Program-made: the position numbers and the translations under genes
The notes under the pieces: generated by a model
Database searches by the model: none
What the model saw: the letters and a program-made list of their open reading frames with translations, nothing else
What the model was told of the DNA's origin: nothing
Virus record (IMG/VR): IMGVR_UViG_3300048578_000448
Location: 1 to 45,571 of that record
From: a virus
Taxonomy: Duplodnaviria; Caudoviricetes
Reading direction: 5' to 3' (one strand)
Length of the DNA stretch: 45,571 nucleotides
Shown: piece after piece, positions 17,199 through 26,297 of the stretch
Numbering within the stretch: position 1 is the stretch's first letter
How the letters are laid out: each line of letters begins with the position of its first letter

Positions 17199-17639
17199 TC
17201 AGGCGCGCAGGTACCAGCGGGTTAGAAATTCGAGCTGCAGGAACACGGCGCCGCCATTCATGGACAGCAAGCGCGCGCGGCGGTACTCCAGTGGATCGAT
17301 GCCGGCGATAGGTGCCCAGGCGACGAGTGTCTGCTTGACGCCGTCCGCAAGATTGTCGACAGCCAGGCGCGCCTTCTTGCCAGTGCCATCGCCGGCAACG
17401 CGATGCACCAGCACGACACCGACGGTCTCGGCGACACGCTGGCGGAACCCGCCCGCCATATCCGCCGCTGGTTCCGCGTCCTCGCCAAGCGGCAGCACCC
17501 ACCCGGCCGGAAGGGCCTTCGGAAGAACGCCCGCCTTCACCAGCTCGGCAAGGTCTGTCACGTCTTCGACCCGCTGATGCAGATCCGCGACCGTGTCAGA
17601 GAGACGGGTGATTACGGCGCTGATGACGGGGGCGGTCAT
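17199..17639 (-). CDS. Mu gp37-like tail terminator
   Basis: 146 aa; synteny gp36-G-gp37; LPAGWVLP and QRVAETVGV motifs. Confidence 0.7.
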   Translation of the reverse strand: MTAPVISAVITRLSDTVADLHQRVEDVTDLAELVKAGVLPKALPAGWVLPLGEDAEPAADMAGGFRQRVAETVGVVLVHRVAGDGTGKKARLAVDNLADGVKQTLVAWAPIAGIDPLEYRRARLLSMNGGAVFLQLEFLTRWYLRA

Positions 17640-18139
17640 TGGCCAGCACCCGCGATGTCCAGCCCCAGGGCATCGGCCACGGTCTCGACGATCATCTCGC
17701 GATCGCCGTCGTCGATGCCCAAGAAAGGCCGCGCCGGGATCGTCACCGATTCCTTCGACACCCAGACGTCACCGATGCGGAAGCGCAGTGACTTGGCTTC
17801 CTTGGCCTTGATCGTTCCACCGATCTGATGGATGGCCGCATAGATCTCGTTTGAACCGACCTCGACCGAGCTCGGGCTAGCGCGATGCGTGATCGAGGCA
17901 TAGAGATGCCCTTCGTCGCGCAACGTCTTGCCGCCCTCAACGCGGGCGCGGATCGAGGCGGGCCATTTGACGCCGTCTGGCCCCGTCTCGTTCTCGAAGC
18001 GCATCTGGGTGCTGACGACCAGGCTGGCGCCGATGGCGTCCATCACCGGCAGCGTGTTCTCCGCCTTTTCCCCTAGCTGGGCCAGGGCGGATTGCACGGC
18101 CTTGTCTTCAACCTGCAGGGCAATGAAGGCACCGGCCAT
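17636..18139 (-). CDS. Virion morphogenesis protein (Mu G / tail completion)
   Basis: RFENETGPDG.KW, VGSNEIYAAIHQIGG, IPARPFLGI. Confidence 0.9.
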   Translation of the reverse strand: MAGAFIALQVEDKAVQSALAQLGEKAENTLPVMDAIGASLVVSTQMRFENETGPDGVKWPASIRARVEGGKTLRDEGHLYASITHRASPSSVEVGSNEIYAAIHQIGGTIKAKEAKSLRFRIGDVWVSKESVTIPARPFLGIDDGDREMIVETVADALGLDIAGAGQ

Positions 18140-18564
18140 CAGAAACCCGCCATGGTGTCATTGGTAAAGACGCGGTCGGGCGCGTCGATCTCAGCGCCCT
18201 CGCTGGCGGCCGCTTCTGCCGGCGTCGTCGCACCGGTGAGCTGGATCCTGCCATCCGCGACGTCACGCGCCCAGCGGAGCGCGATCTCATAATCCTTCGC
18301 CACCTTGTCCGGCACCGAATCCCGGTGCAGGAGGTAATAGGCGATGTGGGTGCAGTGAAGCTTCAGGTCCGCAGTTGGCGATGCGACGGGGACTTCGTAC
18401 TGGCGGCCGATGTAGCCGTCGAGCAAGCCGGACGCCTGGTCGATCGCCTCGCCAAGCACCGTCACATTGATCACGCCGCCAGGCGGCTCGGTGCGATCGG
18501 TCAGCGCGATCAGATCCGCGACCGAGAACCGGGCCTCCATTTCTGCTTGCGTGACGTAGCTCAT
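18139..18564 (-). CDS. Mu gp36-like head-tail adaptor (DUF1320)
   Basis: MSYVTQAEMEARF, IDQASGLLDGYIGRQY, IAYYLLH...YEIALRWARDVADG. Confidence 0.88.
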   Translation of the reverse strand: MSYVTQAEMEARFSVADLIALTDRTEPPGGVINVTVLGEAIDQASGLLDGYIGRQYEVPVASPTADLKLHCTHIAYYLLHRDSVPDKVAKDYEIALRWARDVADGRIQLTGATTPAEAAASEGAEIDAPDRVFTNDTMAGF

Positions 18565-18650
18565 GTGCCAGCACCTAATTGGAAGGAGCGGCCCGCCGAC
18601 TGCTTACGGCTGCCGGCCGCTCCCTGACCGCACCACCCGAGTGGTGCTGA

Positions 18651-18878
18651 TTACTTCTTCTCTTCCTCGGCAGCGGCTGGCGCTGTCTCGAATTCCTCGA
18701 CCACCAGCATCGGCTCGGTTTTGAGCTGCTCGATCTGGTCGTCGGTGAAGTTCGAGGCCTCGTGTTCGGTGGCCGTACCGGGATGGGCGATGCCGGCGCG
18801 GCGGAAGCCGTCCCGTTTCGCAGTAATCCGCAGCATCTTCACCGGCTGGTTGTCGGTCTTGTTGGTGGCTTTAGCCAT
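18651..18878 (-). CDS. Mu gp35/HI1506-like small protein
   Basis: LRITAKRDGFRRAGIAH...QLKTEPMLVV motif downstream of gpT. Confidence 0.8.
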   Translation of the reverse strand: MAKATNKTDNQPVKMLRITAKRDGFRRAGIAHPGTATEHEASNFTDDQIEQLKTEPMLVVEEFETAPAAAEEEKK

Positions 18879-18918
18879 TGGCTCATTCCTTGGGTGGTTC
18901 GACGATTGGATGAGAGAT

Positions 18919-18966
18919 CCGGATGATGGCGGCCCCGGAGCGAAGGGGGCCGCCATCACCCCCCGG
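18919..18966 (-). terminator. Long GC hairpin immediately after the capsid gene
   Basis: TGATGGCGGCCCC / GGGGCCGCCATCA inverted repeat; no U-tract, so possibly an mRNA stabiliser. Confidence 0.5.
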
Positions 18967-19860
18967 TTAGGCCAGCTCCGGCACCACGAGGATGTCGGCC
19001 GTGCCCTTCCATTCGTTATCGGCGCCGTTGGCATTCTTCTCGTTCGTCAGCAGACGACGGGCCGCACCTTCAAGCGACGGCGGCACCACGAGAAGATCGC
19101 CCTTGATGCCCAGCGGCTGACCACCAGCGCCGCGCAACGAACCCATGGCCGTGCGGGCCGCGTCGTAGCCGGTCGCATCGAGGGTCGCCTTGTTGCCATA
19201 GGCAAGCTGCCAGAGGCCGAAGCCGGCATTGACGCGCGCGTCGGTGCCGTACAGGAATTCCTTGTTCCTGAAGACGTTCTCGTCCGTGAGCTTGTCCTTG
19301 GCCACGAACTGATAGTCGCGCCGCTTCTGGAAGATGAGCGGCTTAATGAAACCGCGCGAAGCGATGAGATACCAGGGCGTGCCAGCGCCGGCCGTCATAT
19401 TCGCGACCGAGATCTCGTCGCCGGCCTGGTTGTAGCCAACATGGTCGGTGTCGAAGAAGTACTGGCCGTCATAGCAGTTGGTGTTGAAGCCGGCCGGCAA
19501 CAGCGAATAGACCAGCAGATCAGGATGGCGCGCAGCCGCATCGCCCATCTGCCCGAACAGCGGCTTGTAGACACCGATCTTGTCGTCCTCGATGTCGTCA
19601 CGGTCGACGCCGATCGTGTTTTCGAAGGACTTGTTCTTCAGCGTGAAGTCGCTGATGGCCAGGTTCTGCACGACGCGCTCACCGAGCCATTCGCGGAAAG
19701 ACGGCATGGAGCCGAGCCAGGCGTACTTCTCGGCGGAGCCGGTCGACGGCACTTCCATCGCTACGCGGTTCCAGGTCGGTTGAACCGCGCTATAGGCCTG
19801 ATTGAAGGCCGTCTGAAAGCCGAGCGTCGCGGCGGCGAGGGTTGCGGCATTAAGCTGCAT
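18967..19860 (-). CDS. Mu-like major capsid protein gpT
   Basis: YAWLGSMP.FREW.GER, IEDDKIG.Y.P, CYDGQYFFDTDH, KPLIFQKR, GFGLWQLAY. Confidence 0.95.
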   Translation of the reverse strand: MQLNAATLAAATLGFQTAFNQAYSAVQPTWNRVAMEVPSTGSAEKYAWLGSMPSFREWLGERVVQNLAISDFTLKNKSFENTIGVDRDDIEDDKIGVYKPLFGQMGDAAARHPDLLVYSLLPAGFNTNCYDGQYFFDTDHVGYNQAGDEISVANMTAGAGTPWYLIASRGFIKPLIFQKRRDYQFVAKDKLTDENVFRNKEFLYGTDARVNAGFGLWQLAYGNKATLDATGYDAARTAMGSLRGAGGQPLGIKGDLLVVPPSLEGAARRLLTNEKNANGADNEWKGTADILVVPELA

Positions 19861-19887
19861 GTGGATGACTCCCGATTGGGTGAAGGG

Positions 19888-20292
19888 TTAGATCTCGACC
19901 CAGACGCCGCTGGCGTCCACGTCGCGAATGACGCCGGCAATGCTGCGCGTCGTGCCGCCATCGGTCTTGGCGACCGTCTGGTCGTCGACGATGTAGCAAT
20001 TGGCGCCGACATCGGAGAGCGCGATGAGATCGCCGGCCGACGAGTTGGCGAAGCAGAAGGTGCCACGCCGGATCGGAACGCGCTCGGCGCCGGCCGCACC
20101 CGGATTGGCGACATACTTGTCGGCGCGACCGAGCGCGCGGAGGCCAACCGCCGTGCGGCCAGGCGCTGCGTTGCCAGCATCGTTCACGACGAGTGAGCCG
20201 GCATAGATGGTGGTCGCCGCCTTCACGGGGAAGTTGACGAGATCGTTGTCGGCTTTCCGCTTGGTGTTGCGGTCTTTGGTGAGGGCAGCCAT
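19888..20292 (-). CDS. Putative capsid decoration/cement protein
   Basis: 134 aa between protease and capsid; CYIVDDQTV...AGVIRDVD..GVWV. Confidence 0.75.
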   Translation of the reverse strand: MAALTKDRNTKRKADNDLVNFPVKAATTIYAGSLVVNDAGNAAPGRTAVGLRALGRADKYVANPGAAGAERVPIRRGTFCFANSSAGDLIALSDVGANCYIVDDQTVAKTDGGTTRSIAGVIRDVDASGVWVEI

Positions 20293-20335
20293 GGGGCTAT
20301 CTCCGAGAGGTTGCGAGAGAGTGAGCGAGCGCGGG

Positions 20336-21442
20336 TTAAGCCGCGCTCTTCTTCTTGGTTTCGAGGAAGGCGGCCTCGGTAATACCCATCTGCTTGCAGA
20401 TGGCGACCTCTTCGCCCGTGAGACCGTTGGCGTTCGCCAGCGCCGGCAGCGCCTGGCGCTCTCCGCCGTTGCCCGTCGGCGCCACGATCACCGGCGCGTT
20501 CGAACACCAGGCGATGAAGCCGTCGAGATCCTTGGCGGCGTAGCTCTGCGCCCAGTCCATCTGGGCTGGCGCCAGCTTGCCGGCAGCCTTGGCATCATCG
20601 ATCGCCTTGGTGGCCTTGTCGGTGACGAGCGACTGCGACATTGCGGCGACGCGGGTGTTCAGCTCGTTGAACATGGCGATCGGCACGAACTTCGCGGGAT
20701 CCGGATCGGCGGTGCCGGCGGCCTTCTTCGTCAGCTCCTGCGCGGCGGCGACAATCACTTCGCCCGTGGCGGTGTCAGCCTGGCCGAGGGCCTTGGCGAT
20801 CGTGGCGGTCGACGCCTTCGCGGTCTTGAGATCGGTGTCGAGCTTCTGGCAATGCGCCGAGAGCTGCTCTTCGGTCGTGGTGTCGGGGAGGCCCAGGGCG
20901 GCGATAAGAGTGGTGAGCACGGCGGAGAGCTTCATGGTGTCCTCGTCGGTTTCGGAAAGGGACTGACTGGCGATCGCCGTCAGTTCGAGATTGGGAACGT
21001 TCGTCAGCCCGAAGGCGCGAAGTCGCATGACCGTGCCGTCCGCCGCGTGACCGAAGACCGGCGACAGATACCGGTACTCCTTGCCGGCGATGGCCTCCGA
21101 GGCTCGCGCCGTCCACTCGACGCGCCCCCAGATCCCGTCATCCCGAACCTCGAAATCCTTGATCCAGCCTGAAGCCGGAGCCGGCTTGCCGTTCTGGGCC
21201 GAGTAGAGGAGCTGGTGATCGAAATCTCCCGCCATGTCGGCGCCGCCAAGATGCTTCTTGGTGGCGGTGATGACTTGGGCGGCGTGGGCGGCGTCGCGGA
21301 TCACAAAGGGGCCTCGGCCGTCGCGGCCTTCAAAAGTCCCCAGCGGCAGGAGATGCACCCATTGCGGCACACCCTGGCCACCGGCAGCGGCCGGCAACTC
21401 CATGGCATGAGCGGCAATGAGGAGGCGATGCTTCACCGGCAA
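20336..21442 (-). CDS. Mu gpI-like prohead protease with C-terminal scaffold
   Basis: GRDGRGPF, DFDHQ, APASGWI, VEWT..A...I..KEYRYLSPVF, GLTNVPNL. Confidence 0.93.
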   Translation of the reverse strand: MPVKHRLLIAAHAMELPAAAGGQGVPQWVHLLPLGTFEGRDGRGPFVIRDAAHAAQVITATKKHLGGADMAGDFDHQLLYSAQNGKPAPASGWIKDFEVRDDGIWGRVEWTARASEAIAGKEYRYLSPVFGHAADGTVMRLRAFGLTNVPNLELTAIASQSLSETDEDTMKLSAVLTTLIAALGLPDTTTEEQLSAHCQKLDTDLKTAKASTATIAKALGQADTATGEVIVAAAQELTKKAAGTADPDPAKFVPIAMFNELNTRVAAMSQSLVTDKATKAIDDAKAAGKLAPAQMDWAQSYAAKDLDGFIAWCSNAPVIVAPTGNGGERQALPALANANGLTGEEVAICKQMGITEAAFLETKKKSAA

Positions 21443-21497
21443 TTCCTGCTGACCGTTTCGGTGGTCGCAGTGTTGCCGGGCGGGCGGGATTTCGGGG

Positions 21498-21513
21498 CCT
21501 GAAGGGTTTCAGG
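21498..21513 (-). promoter_or_regulatory. Late-promoter activator box (PI equivalent)
   Basis: CCTGAAGGGTTTCAGG dyad, identical to 29975-29990, upstream of the protease gene. Confidence 0.65.
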
Positions 21514-21760
21514 TGACCTATTATATGGTCCACCTGGGCCGGGACGCCTCGGGGGTCACCGGATGGATGAAATCTGGGCCAGCATGCCCAACACCCGGGT
21601 CGGTTGGCAAGGATCACGGTCGGAAGGCCCCGCCGCGCCCGCCAGGGCGTTCAAAAACCGTTTGAATGGCTCCGGCGCTAACACCGTGGCCGCCAAAGCC
21701 CGCCAGGGCGCCGTGGGCGGCCGGTAAGGTTTTCGGGATTTTGGGGTTCGGGGCACGGAT

Positions 21761-21789
21761 TTGCCTATAGGAAGGGGGCGGCCTATACT
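21761..21789 (+). promoter_or_regulatory. Sigma70-type promoter pointing into the 3' end of muF (antisense)
   Basis: TTGCCT-N17-TATACT. Confidence 0.65.
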
Positions 21790-21807
21790 GGGCCTACACG
21801 ATGGACT

Positions 21808-21877
21808 GGGCTGGGATGCGACCCCACTATGCCCCTTCCGGGCGGTCAGCGCGGCGCATCGCGCTAGATCCCATCCC
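21808..21877 (+). ncRNA. Candidate ~70-nt structured RNA straddling the muF stop codon
   Basis: Closing stem GGGCTGGGAT/ATCCCATCCC, internal GACC..GCCC/GGGC..GGTC arm and AGCGCGG/TCGCGCT arm; begins ~12 nt after the predicted TSS. Confidence 0.45.
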
Positions 21878-23129
21878 CTTCCTCACTCGGACGATCTGCC
21901 GGCCGGCGATAGCTCAACCGGCCACGACGCTGCTGCTCCAGGTAGCCGATGTTCCGGGTGGGCACCACGGTCCAGGCCTCCAGCCGGCCCGCCACCACCT
22001 GGGCTGTGACCAGATAGCCCCTGGCCTTTTCACCTCCCAATGAAACGACCTTCACCAGGCGCGTGCGCAGCTCGACTCGGCCGCTGCCCTTGTGCCGCTC
22101 GAAGGTCATCCAGATCTCGGCCGGCTCGGTCAGCATCTCCGGCAGATACGGGACCAGCCAGGCGCGATCGAGGGAGAGATGATCGGCAAGCGCCTCGGCA
22201 TTGACGGTGATGGTCGCCCCGTTGGGGAGGTCGAACACCTTCTCAGCGCCACCGATGACATACTGAATCTCGGCAGCCAGGTTCTCGCGTGTGGCGCCTG
22301 CATCGCCCGAGACCGACCGCGCCGTCAGCGGATCCTCCGGCAACTCGCGCGGCAGGCCGTAGCTCTTCCGATCGCCTGGCGTCAGCGGCTCCCAGGCCTC
22401 GGCACCGCTCGCGCGCCATTTTGCCATGACGTCGTCCGCGAGCTTCTTGCCATAGGCGGCCTCGCCAGGATTGTAGCCGAAGCCAGGATCGATACCGTCC
22501 GGCACCTGGATGGTGCGCTTGCCGTCCGGGAAGTTGACGTCCTTGTCGACCAGCTCGATCTCCGGCGCGGCCTCGCTCAACTTGATGCCGAAGCGTTTCA
22601 GATCCCGCTCGGACAGCGACTGCGTCGTGCAGCGGCAGTTCCATCCGTTCGGCGGATAATGCGTCTGCCACCAGGGATCGTCGATCGGCAGCACGGTGTT
22701 ATGCCAATGCCGATGCTGTTCCCGCGTGCGGCTGTCATCGATTGCGACATAGCGCAGATAGGGTCGCGCCTTCTTCAGTCGTTGTGCCTGGTCCCATTTG
22801 CCAGCGGCATGAGCCATGCGCAGATTGGTGTTGAAGATGACACGCGTCCGCCAATTGCGGCCGCCCCTGTACTGCCAGCCATAGGTGGCGACGATCTTGT
22901 CGAAGTCCTTGCGGAACTCGGCGAGCGTGCCGCCGCCAGCGATGGCCTTCAGGACGGCCGATTGCATGTCGCGCAGCAGATCCTCGCGCATGGCGCCGGC
23001 AATGGTGAAGGCGCGCGCGTGCTGCCCTTGCCACAGATCCGTCCAGCCCGCCGTCGGCAGCCGCAGCTTGTCGCGGAAATACTTGATCGCCTCGTCGAAG
23101 GGAAAGGCGCCGACAACCGGATCAGGCAT
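21864..23129 (-). CDS. MuF (gpF) head morphogenesis protein with C-terminal PBECR2-like nuclease extension
   Basis: MuF motifs AFTIAG, RPYLRY.AI.D.RTR..H, HYPPNGWNCRC, IDPGFGYNPG, then ~150 extra aa (LTEPAEIW...LEAWTVVP...YLEQQRRGRL.YRR). Confidence 0.85.
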   Translation of the reverse strand: MPDPVVGAFPFDEAIKYFRDKLRLPTAGWTDLWQGQHARAFTIAGAMREDLLRDMQSAVLKAIAGGGTLAEFRKDFDKIVATYGWQYRGGRNWRTRVIFNTNLRMAHAAGKWDQAQRLKKARPYLRYVAIDDSRTREQHRHWHNTVLPIDDPWWQTHYPPNGWNCRCTTQSLSERDLKRFGIKLSEAAPEIELVDKDVNFPDGKRTIQVPDGIDPGFGYNPGEAAYGKKLADDVMAKWRASGAEAWEPLTPGDRKSYGLPRELPEDPLTARSVSGDAGATRENLAAEIQYVIGGAEKVFDLPNGATITVNAEALADHLSLDRAWLVPYLPEMLTEPAEIWMTFERHKGSGRVELRTRLVKVVSLGGEKARGYLVTAQVVAGRLEAWTVVPTRNIGYLEQQRRGRLSYRRPADRPSEEGDGI

Positions 23130-24696
23130 CGTCCACCTCGTCGCGGCCACTGAGGTTCGCCACGAGCAAGGCCGATGCCATCTGTTCGGCGATCTCACTG
23201 GGATCCATGCCGGGATAGGCATCGAGCAAACGCGCCGACAGCGTTTCGAGGCTGTCGATCGACGGATCCATCACCACTTCCTTCAATCGATCAATCTGCC
23301 GATCGAGCGCGGATCCAGCAGCGCCTTCGAGCTGGGCAGCGATACGCTCCACACTATCGCGCAACGGTGACAGGGCGACGTCAGCCTGGGATTGGGCAGT
23401 CGTCTCCTCTTCCGGCAATTCCTGCGCAGGATCCTGCGCAGGCTTGGCGGCCGCGCGCGGTGCCGTCAGCAGCTCGGCCTTCTTGTCCGGATCCGGCACC
23501 CCGATCTTATCAGCCATCCAGCTACGCTCGACACGGAGGCCGAGTGGCACCAGCTTCACGATGTTGTCGACTAAGGCACCGGTATCTTCTTGGTCGGGCC
23601 GGTGCAGCATGACGCGGGGATAGCGGCGCCGTGCCCCCATGTTGAGATCGACGATGGGCTTCGCCAGGTCTCGTGTCAGGGCAGCGCCTAGCTGCGCTGC
23701 ATCCGAGTCCTCGATGTCATCGCGTACCTTTTCGTGCGCGTCCGCGGTTCCGACGCGAGTGCCGGTATCGGTCGTACCCGTCTGCCCCAGCACACCCTTT
23801 GAGACTTGGCGATCAAACCAGTCTGCCTGGCGTTCGAACAGATCGATGCTGCCGGAGATCTTCGCCTCGACCAACTCGATCATCATACTTTCGGGAATGA
23901 TCGCGGCGGCGTCCGCCCAGATGTTGCGCACAGCGCGCAGCAGAGTCGCCTTATCCGCGTCGCTAGCACCAGGGCCATATTTGCCAATGCGGATCGGCTT
24001 GCCATAAGCCTCGCCGAACTGCACCCATGAGCGGATGTCGAAGTTCTTGAACAGATAGTACCAGGCCACCGGCCGCGCCAAGCCACCACGGATCGGCAGC
24101 CCAGACTTCGTCTTAGAGACATGGCGGATGTAGCCGAAGGGCTTCAGTGGCACAGCCACGCCGCCTGCATCGCGCAACCGGAGCGTCGTCCGGTCGACAC
24201 GATCGAATTCGAACCAGCGTGGCTGGCGCCATTCGAGCCTGACCGGCATCCAGGACTTACCCGCCTCGGTGTCCCAGATGATTTCCGTGACGCTGTAGCC
24301 CTTGCCGACGGCGTCAAGAATATCAAACAGCTCTTCGCGCAAGCCGTCACGCCACAGGGCCTCACGCACCAGATCGGCGGCTTTCACGTCATCTGCGTCG
24401 TCGCTCGCGGCTTCAACCGTGACCTCAAGGCCGGCCACCTGGTTGCGGCGGGTGCCCAGCACCGATCGATAATGAAGATCCTTTTCCTCCATCTGTTCGG
24501 CAAGATCCAGATAGCCGTCTGCATCACCGATCTCTGCAGCGTTGAGCAGCCCCGCGAGGCGCGCGGGCGTCAGGCCGTCAGCAGGATGATTCGACAGCGG
24601 CTGACGAACGCCCGTCACGGTCGGCCCGGACTCTTCCTCGCGCAAACGCGCCAGTTCGACCTTGTGACCCCAATTGTCGTAAAGCTGGATGGGCAT
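23122..24696 (-). CDS. Portal protein (Mu gp29, DUF935)
   Basis: MEEKDLHY.SVLGTR, DAVGKGYSV.EI.W, YGKPIRIGKY, SKGVLGQT.TT. Confidence 0.93.
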   Translation of the reverse strand: MPIQLYDNWGHKVELARLREEESGPTVTGVRQPLSNHPADGLTPARLAGLLNAAEIGDADGYLDLAEQMEEKDLHYRSVLGTRRNQVAGLEVTVEAASDDADDVKAADLVREALWRDGLREELFDILDAVGKGYSVTEIIWDTEAGKSWMPVRLEWRQPRWFEFDRVDRTTLRLRDAGGVAVPLKPFGYIRHVSKTKSGLPIRGGLARPVAWYYLFKNFDIRSWVQFGEAYGKPIRIGKYGPGASDADKATLLRAVRNIWADAAAIIPESMMIELVEAKISGSIDLFERQADWFDRQVSKGVLGQTGTTDTGTRVGTADAHEKVRDDIEDSDAAQLGAALTRDLAKPIVDLNMGARRRYPRVMLHRPDQEDTGALVDNIVKLVPLGLRVERSWMADKIGVPDPDKKAELLTAPRAAAKPAQDPAQELPEEETTAQSQADVALSPLRDSVERIAAQLEGAAGSALDRQIDRLKEVVMDPSIDSLETLSARLLDAYPGMDPSEIAEQMASALLVANLSGRDEVDDA

Positions 24697-24710
24697 CGTT
24701 GAACTACCTT

Positions 24711-26297
24711 CTACCAGGCGCCGGGGCCGAAAGTACCGCCCCGGTCGTCGTCTTCATTGGATCGGAGAGAGCCTGCCGGCGCCTTGACGCTTGATGCCGC
24801 CTCATAAGCGTATTCTCCGACGGGCTGCCGGCTGGCAAAGTGCGAAAGAGCACCAGCGATCGCGCTGTCGCCGTGTCGCTGCAGGCCTGTCCTTCCGGTG
24901 CGGACCTTGCGCAGGGTGACGACGCCCTTCTCCATCACGAGCTGCTCGTGGTCTTCCAGGATCAGCGCATCGCGCGGTAGCACGAGGGCCGCGTCCTCAA
25001 AGGCCGCTTTGTATGGCGGCATATTGATCCGGTACCACTCGGTTGAGAACTTCACCTCCTCAACGCGAGCAATGCCATATCTCTGCCGCGCCGCTTCCGC
25101 CAACTGTGCGCCGTTGCCCGTCGCATCGTGGGCGCTCTTCATGAAGTGCGGCAGACGATCGAGAACATAGAACATGATCGTCTCCTGTTCCTTGAAGGGC
25201 ACATTGCGCAGCTCAATAGTGAACGGTGTCCGTCGCACAAGGTCGGGCATGAGAGACATTGGCCACATGACGCTAAGATCACCAGTGCGGCCGAAGTCCA
25301 TGCCGAAGAAGTGCTGCTGATGACGGGGCAGCGCCAAAAGCAGTGGCCGCACCTCCGCAACCAGCCAGGCCGCCACGGCGATACCGCGTGCGATATCCGG
25401 CAGATCGACAAACTCAGGCGGGCAGCTCCAGCGCACCACCGGGATCTCCGCCTCCATGCGCGCCTCGATCAGAGGGCGCGGCAGCCATTGGCCGCCCGAT
25501 GCACGCGGGATGCAGAACAATTCCTCGTCGGCTGCATCGCCATAGGTGTCGATGACGTCCTGGCGCCAGCTGGCCTCCGCCTCGGGCGACCAGGGTTTGC
25601 TCGATCGCTGGCAGATCCTCTTGAAAAGACCGTCTGCCAAGGCATCATCGAGCGTCACGCGGATGATGGTGCCCTTGCGCCGATCGGCACGGATATCTTC
25701 AATGAGCCGATTAAACGGATTTGAAACACCGTTATGGGTCGAGATGACGACGACGCGCCCGCCCCACATCAGCAGCGCCAATGCTGCCTTCAGCAGCTCG
25801 TCGAGATCATCGTGGAAAGCCGCCTCGTCGATGATGACTAGGCCCTGTCGGCCGCGCAGGCCGCGCGGGCTGGACGACAGGGCAACAATCTCGTAGCCGG
25901 ACGCAAAGATGATGCGGAACGCAAGGATGCCTTCGTCCTCCTTGTCGTCCTTCCACATCATTTCCTGGACGTCGCTCGCCACCATCCCGAAATGCTTTGC
26001 CCACATGCCGCAGGTGTCGATGAACTCCCGCGTCATCTCCTTTTCGTAGGCGATGTAGAAGACATCCATGCCACCGGCACTACGCTGCGCGGCCGCGACC
26101 AGCACGGCATGCGCCGCCATTCCCCAGGTGTAGCCGATGCGACGAGATTTCTCGGCGACCGTCAGCGCGTTCTGGCTGACCGTTTCCAGGAGGCGCGCCT
26201 GATAACGCAAAAGGATCTCGCTCGGCCCGAGATCCTTGATGGCCGCCAGCTCTTCTTCCTGCGAGGCTGCCTCTGCTGCAAGAACGTCGAGTGTCAT
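24711..26297 (-). CDS. Terminase large subunit (Mu gp28-like)
   Basis: EKSRRIGYTW, RGRQG.VIIDEAAFH, ISTHNG, GMDFGR.GD, HGDSAIA. Confidence 0.93.
   Translation of the reverse strand: MTLDVLAAEAASQEEELAAIKDLGPSEILLRYQARLLETVSQNALTVAEKSRRIGYTWGMAAHAVLVAAAQRSAGGMDVFYIAYEKEMTREFIDTCGMWAKHFGMVASDVQEMMWKDDKEDEGILAFRIIFASGYEIVALSSSPRGLRGRQGLVIIDEAAFHDDLDELLKAALALLMWGGRVVVISTHNGVSNPFNRLIEDIRADRRKGTIIRVTLDDALADGLFKRICQRSSKPWSPEAEASWRQDVIDTYGDAADEELFCIPRASGGQWLPRPLIEARMEAEIPVVRWSCPPEFVDLPDIARGIAVAAWLVAEVRPLLLALPRHQQHFFGMDFGRTGDLSVMWPMSLMPDLVRRTPFTIELRNVPFKEQETIMFYVLDRLPHFMKSAHDATGNGAQLAEAARQRYGIARVEEVKFSTEWYRINMPPYKAAFEDAALVLPRDALILEDHEQLVMEKGVVTLRKVRTGRTGLQRHGDSAIAGALSHFASRQPVGEYAYEAASSVKAPAGSLRSNEDDDRGGTFGPGAW

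Noticed and set aside
21556-21756. 66-aa minus-strand ORF downstream of muF as an immunity gene
   Set aside because: GTG start 108 nt from the muF stop, no clear SD, and a Pro/Arg-rich sequence unlike a folded protein; not strictly excluded.
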